A stretch of DNA of 64,000 nt from a virus, in the IMG/VR virus record IMGVR_UViG_3300009370_001603, positions 32,001 through 96,000 of that record. One strand, 5' to 3'. This document shows positions 29,901-36,700 of this stretch, one piece after another; the stretch's first letter is position 1, and each line of letters opens with the position of its first letter. A program made the position numbers and the translations under genes. The notes under the pieces are model-generated. The model was given only the letters and a program-made list of their open reading frames with translations. It searched no databases and had not been told where the DNA came from.

Positions 29901-30738
29901 TATAAAGATTTTGTTTTTCATTGGACGGACCAACGAACTGTTGCATCCCGGAATCAAGATCTAGATCTCCGCTAGGATAAAGCTTTTCTACGCATTTATA
30001 ATCACCAAAGCTCCCGGCGAACTTGTCGAGATACGTTGGCATCAACGAGGAGGAAGTTTCAGCCTTCTGTTTGATGCTATAACTAGCGGTCATAACGCCG
30101 CTTGCGATCTCCCCGATAGCTGTGAGACCCGCGAGCATCCCGACTCTTCCGGATATCTTACCGTTAATCCCTGCTATACCATCTAATTCGGACTTTACCC
30201 CACGCGCCACTATCATGATGGGGTTAGACTGTGTTGTGTATTTTAGAGTTGCTATACAGGTATACCCAACCAATGAGTCGCAAATGTTTATTGGCGAAGG
30301 GTCGTTTACATCTTGATCTAATGAGTATTCTATGTCAAGAATATTTACCTTAACACCATTGGATAGGGTCTTCAATCCAATATATTCGTATACAATGTAC
30401 TCGTAGGCCCCACTATCATTTGTTAGTACAACGGTGTCGCCAATTAATGGGGGTGCCGCTTCAAATGTTTCGGACAGAATTACATAAATTCTATATATTG
30501 GCCCCTTTGAGTCAACTTCAAGGTTGGAACCGGGAGGGGGTGTTACGCGATAGCGGAACTCTTTGTCAACTACGCTTTTTGGAGAAGATAGCTTTCCATA
30601 GCCATAGGATCTAGAAGTTCTTAGGTTAGATGTGCCACTCATCTTAGCTTTAAAAACGCCACCTTGCGCGTCCACATTCTTAGCCGTGGCGTCTTTTACG
30701 CATAAGCACTCTAAGTTCTTGACATTTATATGCGACAT
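17956..30738 (-). CDS. Giant virion/adhesin-like protein (4260 aa) with LamG-like domain, seven FG-GAP repeats and GldG/DUF4350-like inserts
   Basis: Seven 'FGxSVxI...xVGAP'-type repeats; 'GGFSIFTRFTP...LKLYTD' LamG-like; directly follows the tape measure. Confidence 0.7.
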   Translation of the reverse strand: MSHINVKNLECLCVKDATAKNVDAQGGVFKAKMSGTSNLRTSRSYGYGKLSSPKSVVDKEFRYRVTPPPGSNLEVDSKGPIYRIYVILSETFEAAPPLIGDTVVLTNDSGAYEYIVYEYIGLKTLSNGVKVNILDIEYSLDQDVNDPSPINICDSLVGYTCIATLKYTTQSNPIMIVARGVKSELDGIAGINGKISGRVGMLAGLTAIGEIASGVMTASYSIKQKAETSSSLMPTYLDKFAGSFGDYKCVEKLYPSGDLDLDSGMQQFVGPSNEKQNLYTFIDEGVFTGDYHTPFSQSVLLADDANSFIHPSGYHTEGNFQYKSELTDFHIRPDQTRLRIRASAPMANYESKIAPLYTIKNVTFSDPSGNAMVQYEDINILGDVDYSNDKTLVNYATYSLKPITNKFADQYDWERRDQPHTHQITGYQLSFEVKVTPRDDAFDPGFDEGFEEDYVMHTTVADDDDYLALDGAPLSTQGQSLINPTKSIRISAIEICNSGGDWLSSYTGPRREDYFNLFLDTPRNGRRLEKKILPSFFALADASNSGIFPAVSSVWQHKNKPMYDGSSSILGNNLDTCGSEQIVKALQTDSTLDYAELHSTGPHFDSGKMIVKFGYGHGPVNEIRRGAFGCEFDQNTCPIWFHPSGAFQTERKVEAGFDNNFLAIESITLKVKAKKAADSRDYVLDIVGWSDDKLLNITKAPSGFLQNPSSVQINGEIITSEGTHPVISGYYDNDDDLALSTRSISEREKYLETSGNLGGDHYSLTRYPIVNTTDFADYEVPLKVYKDDVEIGLSRNYNVSSMLEHLYLDIYPLPSGAAIASAHLLVRYAPQAALQLEIQGGECFDKIQDGRSEGKIFPSTKQGNDSIINAGSGYGPLSTITNIPHAYSTPSSIKSNYSRRWRGLEGTVQGPYDTDAFGFGFYNPLLEFPLLSGFYNFDYMDGKYVQSRSLGAGFGGVSGLFNSTPEIYKNVGWRFKTQNIFSTKAPNHTSSYKTTDWTALSSTSPAHNFEDHELYGMIADALDNVVRISGHNQNVNFGNIDASGGFSIFTRFTPDIDVSGTTYDLFSSGVLFSKWTTPSDMDFALGYKDGYLCGYAKATDGTLVSVQDTVKYSGYQYPLSVILTYNDHESEKLKLYTDNEFHSGVWTTLRASSSKFTKHTNSANLIVGHSDGSGVGMNMLLTEFGISTWNSGVYGSGTNIVETNADATYKQVTAQKFLENHRVKFFEPGEPSSNDTYKLWDYVNEDTQADWALGDFKTHAFSSAFSHWTKRAGKDLISFHLKHSGIPYENQSSLSLNSWPSTISSGVSYHTQIENDFLRFHLSDTSDNFHSVAKRITKSLPIGYNFKDKALVVETVLEHRADNDIQWPECKPTTFHLCNEHKHAYQDHYKGPRLVVSLYTKKKEPYWTPNESNWGLINRSIHYIQPSSYMVRLDSKFDYQNLIDDSEQWALFPAEPRLTEFTEKYYSQDVDDMFLQYDLVYPSGGAFDSNIDIHSAHVRMDEAFVKCTPDSGIFNLYASGCTDVLKGSLDLHTLSVAPKDSGILNLNTFGPVLLPESGFELNVSGSLRQDGALPLRTVAVAIASDPEFPLHTAGCCNVVSGASGTFNLVTKGKGISTLQMPLSIANDGLVITPSGGELPLYTYAPSGNSTGFFQQMQLRIENNLAGDPHPHSGTIPVYILGGAELIDRSPEVEMPLVVVNNQFVTSGTLKLTVYGDDEVTSQANSSSGSEASDGGASQLGMNLYVPNYGGVGSTYLRWYNQNYGTGIQLRDNSIAAIPVSNEIRGVDLIGYGACDSDSPRKAIDPPLVTDETIWRPETCNDGGIFRAVNTYTNSGAINFAGETGYSGNYYGFRKYTGLIPNAPYYSTLKITTGSTDSIQVPRDFEEWEYGICGPNWRGGDQGDGDCDSDIVYSGVKLIGDYPYLSGNLSITPISGRNPTDNYGEAVAVTSDLMVVGSPKIEIPDASGHAIPDAGSLFLYRRGQDVAGEKSIWTMEDKLMLPSGFRRDYVDKVVENLITFDQFTISGRKWNIGQEGRLLGSSVDIAKSGDRETIVAGAPFAGWSRRFPDITTSGIPMCMVVFVDKFTYNVDNIKYIKNVGKKWEHLYKYFSAPWNAQTANEFQPNLNVKCLILQLTDHDKDKKKHPDEFKDFFSHTYIPRMDDQKLVDNFGARNTYNSMLSGIIGAFREMFPPKTDWTAFEPHSGIPPIVGIFKENSHSTLFGKAFQLGDEDVVDDFVDFYKEYSHASGVVNPEIPVPMSGHTRIELGASEKMELTTASLINNTLNSGYLIDNNIENTPYPILSFITSGVGQKWAKSNAAEFQIPPSSGGRVFVFEKESGTFNCVQEIIPYSERQVNEENEQDAPDDFLGFGKQYNDRFGHSVAISKNSDVISVGSPWTYVPCEIFERQDAENQRMYNKIRDWLVYRNLEIPLARYDALVLEHGADYAKKQTYHELSQTNKLWLRTDKNFWDGIGKGTNGHGLPIELYKPIFNYKYGDITTTGTWQFIQGEFLGSSRLGYSTSVDDDGITVAFGAPTDSTTMFEDSNVWYNRGAKEATFASYTNAGAVRMFEAKQYVSHSGAVEFTRFGNLDRSVHHELREAGFYDRMGNYFQPDNIPFTRLPFSTIEIPRNAGLAFIITPELDAASDEIIDNIKNWLALGDRTLVLVGNDPLYEEDGLYRESNDIVNKILKRLGSRMKIEAADTEYESLPECISETDVFGNRWNVTKSFVPENAYTDTYESKHAAPNMFAKGVGKIVYDVSDLGLEDLFVSSPCDEDNQTVCNLPIKHLGDLRAQWNVTCAKDNGMPHKYKMNWPFHFTNSDKSGPIGSPCRNYPSSPKPLINRPWEDVVPILTAAEWTPDQHWFRPEETICETVCDPIWEFFTIPQFYKECKFATHQLDTLAFSVSGDFTGQSIGENIEYWRLSDNKGGFINPDPKNGRDAILQGIGDVKEKVTVVDKRVLLDKKSTLMVEEPYLYKNDEGETVDGNNRVFILASVNGENERSFTDSLGGDDIGGNSDQNIVFYVNTVRKSCEEAGRLVQLGGWTKRTSFKDAYEFSVIKEKLTAFGINVTENEVYGPGVDIDGTEAVDTVWIANPDGMPTDDDISVLKNWLKNGNKKLFITYAGWHRENRQGLAENVSVLLEKLGLKSRPWLRPCKGDYFVQTNKIVDEGNRQDCCPYAPEDTDTILQKLELDSDVFAGCLHGYAWDKNYNSQERTSVQKVSLRHSPDHECDEKDIFNGEDCGWDEGDLFDFIPISGGGDYKNLIWYDTPELHSQWQGVYDICPEVNKENLWYLDCKASGQFPVNPGSGYRVFVNWVSETKNEIYGTFGVAENVFEANAPCAWDGTFPQPPCDCHGIIEMTDENVAPQRNLRNGCWYNEDFHDCGTCDPNEECGNCRLGATTVGNVQQSYVDVKADQTGKLRIIFDTDIYKEQIWVEQCDEAGGKGHDPANGYPQTARILSISGCPLPLEEEILNKPKEGKRIIGWDCREECETIPAEEGVIPGVFRPIMHRSEEYCNPANPPCPPPKDETCCAPRGDEEIEDGPIVAAEEYEHFTNGANGFERSKIVVLTDSTMIQGQCKHYRNDSVGENQFFIRSLYPVSPHERKEFGGRGFDVTTSDKVFQFTQKLRAPERGSAPKYYAAKGVANTLFPLYGANGDGTVDEFVDNEDTYHPANDVGRPADPSTPKQIDIEIKYFGGSVYPDYGGYPRFSGDFLNQLPTNYVVDGVEKDFLVDAGSEGGVNDLMKVAEGRDFLDFDSYNSGCPGDLFGFSVDLTNNKLIVGTPFNGLVTENVASGISGIVQWHEIENDPFRSGVVVSQNGGAGAAFYFEKTGSGKNVVNERLPWEFRQKIKPSSINIGLDGATISTLQTIKGDHHLNNDFALNNGGRTDKFGYSVAIDADMIAIGAPHHDYETLHEHIYSGAVVTNDLNTAFQRKSFGAEFDIPSHKFYDLGSSGIRVDYFDTDSGTMVLNHGAVFNYRHSITDWQARTKEWVYAEKLFSHGYHARSGSIYIGDNLTSSGCENDSFGRSVSIFRSERGDSDYTLAVGSPFHDHATSGNHHSSGVTDAGAAFTYDAMLRGQIPSIPNSGSWIDVKIFGAKTDDGQNMLLDRVYQNETGDPITHETSGIVFSNAYGDLYIEASGFDPSIKGFVTHRPFVECVIGDFVGGESANGSLNLITSGKPVDVSGHMSLMLSGAPSAYVYNSMNLRTFGASGVVSDSGLPLIVTVASGSSNQSLNLNVTSTQTTDNLNLRLRGK

Positions 30739-30756
30739 TATTGTTCCTAAAATCCT

Positions 30757-33700
30757 CTACGAAGGCAACGTTGATTCAGAACGCGCGCTACCACCGCCCT
30801 CGGTGTTTTTCCATTTTGGAATTTCCTGAGCGACAGCATCTAGGGTAGCACTCATTATTTTTTCATCTATAACCTTTAATATGTTATCATTAAGAAGTCT
30901 TACGTTTACATCTACTGGCTTATTGACCGTTACACCAATTTCCATCTTACCCAGTGATGTTACAGCGTCTGAGAATCCGTCAAATATGGATCTAAGGTCG
31001 CCAACGGTTTCAACAAATCCGCCCATCTGCTTGACCATATCTCCAAACTGATAGTATCCCACGGTGCCTCCTGAAGACATGGCGGCAGCGCCAGCTGGCC
31101 CAGCGTTCACAGTAGACCCATTACCATTCATGGCCCTCAAGAGTTGTAGGTTATTACCACGCTGCACCGCTGCTCTGTTAACGACAAACTCTCCGGGAGT
31201 CAACATGGCGGGTACAGTATCTGTGCCTCTTGGTACGAATATACCTCTACTTGCGTATACCATTCCCCCTTTAGATAGTGGTAAACCCGCATCGGCGCGT
31301 TCTTGCTTTTTACCGGCCCGTTCCATCTCTTCTTTAAATTTAATCTCGGCTCGTTCAATCGTAAGCTCTGCGTTGGCAATTTCCATCATGGCACTATCTG
31401 CCATCATCTGGCTGACCTGACCACCGGCGGCGGCGAGCGCTTGCCCTTTATTTCTTAACGCATTTAGTTCCTCTGTAGTTCCTGTTAGTACTTGTCCAGC
31501 TCTTTCATCTAAGCCAACGGACGAAGCAGCAATTTCACCTGCACGCTGTAGCGTTGCCGTATCTGCACCCTCTGCTTTCAACAGCTTAATCCCCTCCGCC
31601 ATAGCCTGCGGACTAAACATTCCAGCCATTTCAGCATCGCCAGTTCTTAGGGCGGATGCTGCTCCGGCTGCGGCCTGTTGATCTAAAAAGCCACCTATGT
31701 CTCCACTGAGTAATTTATCAATAGAAGATTGTTCTAATGAATTTCTCTTCTCGATAATCGCTATTTGATCTTTAGTCGCCTGAATTTGTGCCTGAATAAA
31801 TCCAACCAAGTCTTTCATTGACTGATTGGTTTCTTTAATCCTGTCAGCGTCTATACCTTGAGTATCCTGAAATCCACCAGTGGCCCTATCAATTTGCTGC
31901 TGGTTCATACGGCTTTGAATATTAGATGCTACGCTTTGTATATCAGCCACGCTACCAGTTCTTAGTTGCTGAACTCCAGCGTCTTTAGCCCCAAGATTAA
32001 ACTTAGCTAAGTTGGCAGAAAGCTTTTGATCTGCGGTTAATTTAGCGCCACCAAATTCTTCAAACGTTTTAGCGAACTGTAGTTGTGCATCAATAGCCTG
32101 TCTTTGTACCGCTATGTATTGAAGTTCTGCCTGTCTTCTTATCGTTGTTAGCTTTGTTATTGTTTGCTCGTGTTTCAATAACGCCTTGGCTGCCTTTAGG
32201 GCGCCGTCCCTCATCGGTCCCAAGCCCTTAGTTATCTCAGCAATCAACGCGGAGGCATCTTTACCTCTAATGTCGCCCATCGCAGCGATTTGTCCCTGTA
32301 TGGACGCTCTGATATCAGCATCTTTAACCCCGGCTAATAGGGCAGATTCTAATGATTGCTTTGCGGCGGCTTCAGTGCCCTGATTAAGATCCAAGTTACT
32401 AACGCGGCTCTGTACAGATGCCATAAATTTATTTGCGGCATCGGCTCTAGAGAACTGACGATTTACAGCTTTACCTTGAGCTGTTGTTTCATCGCCACCA
32501 GCCGCAACTTTTATTATCCGTTGCCTTATACTCTCTAGCGCAGCAGACCCTTCACCGCCCATACCCATATTTGATGAGGCAGTCTCAACTGTGGCAATGG
32601 AATCTGCCAGTGTGGAAGAGCCGGTTTTTAGCGAATTTAAGAATTGGTCAACACCAAGATTTGCTTTATTAAATGCAGACATTACTTTGAGATTATCAAA
32701 GTTAGCCTTGGCTAAAGCTCTTTGAGCTTCTGCAACATTAAAGGCTGTTCTGGCCATTCGCTCAAGTTGATCTTTAGTATAGGCAGTCTTGTTACCCAAA
32801 GAGGCAAGGCCTTTCTGGAGATCTGCCATTGAGCCTGCCGTTGAGCCGAGCGATGTAACGAATTTCTTTTCGCCCTCTTTGAGGCTCTTCTCAACTTCCA
32901 TTCGTGTTTTTTCGTCAGCTTTAACGCCACTCTTTGTCGTCTTGTCGAGTTCGGCTAGGGCATCTCTGGAAGAACTTCCAATGACCTCACCAAGCTGGCT
33001 CATGTCTGTGACTTTGCCCTCATCCAAGGCCTGAAAAGCCAGTTCATTACGGACGCGAGCGCCTTCGCCAGCTGCTCGGGCGCCCTTGTTTTGTACATCT
33101 TGGGCCATACGTTTCCGCATCCCCTCGGGGTCTTGGAACATTTCTATCATTCCGCCTAGCGTAAACATTCGGCCCATTCCTTCGGCCACAGCGCCCGCTC
33201 TGGCGTGTTTGGCTGCCCCCGAAACATCACCCTTACCAACAGCTTGCTCAGACTTTCTTTGGGAAATCTCCGAAAGTGCGCTCGCAAGCATTTGGGCCGC
33301 CATTCCGGCCATCATCCCTACGCCACCAATCCCGGACCCCATGCTCATGGCTCGGCCACCCATCCTTCTCCCCAAGCCGGGGCCACCGGCGCCGCCGCCG
33401 CCCATGCCAGCCATCTTCATCCGCTTCATGTCTTTAGTAACCTTCTTGACGGCCATGTCGGCGCCTAGGGTTTCTTTTTTGAGCCTGCTAGTGTTTCGAG
33501 TCAGATGTTGTGTTGTTACGGTCGCCCTTCTCTTGGTCGAAGCCCCGAGATTTTCGGCATTGGCCTGCGCCATGATCTCCTTTTTCTGCCTCCGGGCGGC
33601 TCGGCCAGACTTAGTCATCCAGCCAGTGAGCGCTGAGAATGTGCGGGAGAGCACAGAACTCTCTTTCCCTGCTTGTCTAGCTGTGATACTGTTTATTTGT

Positions 33701-36700
33701 TGAGTGCGATTCAGATTCCTTTGTCTGCCCTCCAGTATTCTGGTGGATTGAACAAGCCGCTTCCCTGCGGTAGTTACTTTATCAAAGAGTCCAGCCTGTT
33801 TTGTTTGAAGATTGGATAACTTCCTTTGTGAACCCGCCAGCTTGTTGTTGGCAGAATCGCTCTTCCTCTTCGTCCTGTCTAACTTAACATCACTCGCCTT
33901 CACCTTTTCATTTGCTTGGACTAACTTGCTGGCAGTGGTTATCCTCGTTTTCGTGGCTTTATCAATCCGAGCATCACTCTTTGCGAATGCAGCCGCAAGG
34001 TCTTTATTGGCACCCTGAACATCTTTTACTTTTTTATTAGCTTTTGTTAACTCTTTAGTCGCGCCCCTCTGGACTTGCTTTGATTTCCTTAGAGCTTTAG
34101 CTGCATCAACCGTCTTTTTCTTTTGGTCTGCGGTGGCCTTTGAATTTTTATTCCTTGCATTCTTTAGTTCGTGCTCTCTCTGTTCAAGCTTATTGATTGA
34201 CGCCTCGGTTTTTTTGCGTTCATCGGACCCCTTCTCTTGGGTCATGGCCTTTTTCTCTAAGTTTTGCCTGTTCTCCTTATGCCCCGCTAGATCTTTATCT
34301 ATCTTCGCATTCTTCTTCGCTTCGCTTGCTTCCGCACCTTCAAGCAAGTTCTTTTCTTTGTTGAGCTTGCCTTGGTCTTTTCTCACTTGCTCGTCCGCCG
34401 CCGTTTTGTCGAGTCCTGCTCGTGCTGATTCGCCCGATGCCGCCATACTCTCTTTGTCAGTGTTTATTTGTTGTTCTTTGAGTGATTCCCTCTCGGCGTG
34501 AGCCGATTTTTGTTCAGCCGCCGCCGCATTATCATCAGTCTGTGCGGTTATTCGCTCATTGTGCGCATCTTGATTCATTTCCCGTTCTACATCGAGATCT
34601 TTTTTCTTCTGATCGGCGTTGGCTTGCTTACCAGCGACCTCCTCTTTTTGAGTGTCAATAGCCGTCTGCCCCGCCGACTCTGCTTCTTGAGCAGCTTTAA
34701 ACTCTTCTTTGGAAGCCGCCTGTTGATTCTCTGCTCTTTCAAGTTTTTTCTGCTCTTTAGCTTCTTTTGCCGCACCTTCCTTCAGCTTTGCGTCTTGTTC
34801 TGCTTCAGCTTGCGCTTTGGCTGATTGGGAAGGCTTCTGCTCTTCAGCATCCACCTTGGCGTCCTTCTTGGCTTCTCCCGCATCCTTCTTGTCTTCTGCC
34901 GCCTCCTTCTTGGTTTCGCCATCTTCCGATCCACCCTCTTCCTTCCCTTTTCCTGCTGCTATCTCCCGACCTTTCTCTATACCCTTCATCGTCAGCATGA
35001 ACACCACTCCAGCCGACATTAGTAGTTGACTGGCTTTTTCACCAGCAACGGCCATTGCGAATTGTGAGTCAGTAGCTTCTTTAGACTTATCTCCTAAGTT
35101 CTGGAGAGCGGTCGATGCCGCTCCAGCAATAATTGAGAGATTCATCAGGCCCATACCGCCGCCGCCGCCGACACCCCCGCCTCCTGCGAACTTCTGAATA
35201 CCAACTGCGCCACCGGCGTTAAATCCAGTAACGCCTCTTTTGTTCATTCGGTTAAGACTCGCGTAACCAATGCGTTGGGCAGATTTTTTATTAACTACAA
35301 ATTCGCCCGGAGTAAGAAGGGCGGGTACGGTGTCTCTACCAGATATGCCACCACCGCCAGCTTTCTTTTTGGGTGAGGCCAAGCCACTAGCGTAGAATTC
35401 ATCGGCAATTTGATTCGCAACTTTGGTCCTAAAGTTAGCCTTGCTCGCTTCTTTATAGCTAGTCTTGGCGTCAACCCAAGATCCGGGGAGGCCAGAGAAG
35501 TTATCAGCTAGGGCGCCGCCAATACCGCCGGGGAAATCAAATGGAGAGCTAACTTGATCTGCTCTAAATTTACCCTTACCATCTAAAACAGAAACCGCCG
35601 CCTCAAACGCATTGCCCATTGGTGCTCCGCGTTTTGCCATGTGGCCAATAAACTCTTGCTTAGAAGCGTCGTCTAATTTTTGAGCACCTATACCAAGGTC
35701 TGCACCAAGTGCCGCCGTAGCATGATCTAATCCCACAGCCATTCCATCGAGAATGTTTTTCTTAAAGCTATCAGAAGTTTTCTTGTTTAATCCTTTTCTG
35801 GTGAGTGAGTATTTTCTACCATTGAAGAATTGACTGAGGTTCTTTTGTGCTAACTTGTCTGCTTTTAATCTTCTATTGTTCTTAACGTTTGCTTGACTAA
35901 TATTTCCAAGATCTACCTTGCTCTTCTCTGGCTCGTCTGGATCTAAGATGGCGGCACCGACCCTTGTGGTGCCAACAATACCGCCAGCAGCAAATTTCCC
36001 AATTCTGAGTCTACCCTTTTTATCGAGGGCTTTAGCTAGTACCTTGTCTTTGCCTGCTGCTTTTTTCGACGCGGCAGTTAACTGAACAGGTGTTATGTCT
36101 TGGTATAGCCACGCTTGACCTAAATCAAATTTATTGGCCGCGTCAGTTAGTCTAGCTTCGGTCAGCTTGGGCACAACTTTTCTGTCGATACTACTCATGG
36201 GGCTGAGAGCCGCCCCGATCATCTTATCGCCAATGTTCTTTTCTAGATCTCTTGCTGATTGTTTCTCATAACTCTTGATTTCTACCAGTTTGTTGCCATC
36301 CATAGCATCCATTCTTGAGCTACCACCGGCGGTTTTTGCTATACCGAGGGAATTCAGCAAACCTTCAAATGCTAAACCTCTTGCTTGGTGTTTCCTATTA
36401 GCGGCTAGCTTTTGGTATTTATTGAATTTCGCCGTCAGGCCTTTGTCTGCCTCTATTCTCTTTTTGTACTGATTAAGATTAATGCCTCTTTTCTGTAGGT
36501 CTAGCGAGAATGAATCGTCTTCATTGAATCTGGTGGCTCCGGAACCTCTGACTGGGGCCGTGTTGAATTTCTTGCCTTTACCTTTATAGAAGGTTTCATC
36601 TTCATATTTTACATAGCCCTTTGAAGAGGGAAAACTAGAAACCTGTCCACCAGCAGCATATTTGTTCATGCCTGCAAGCCGTCCAGCACCAAGCTTTCTA

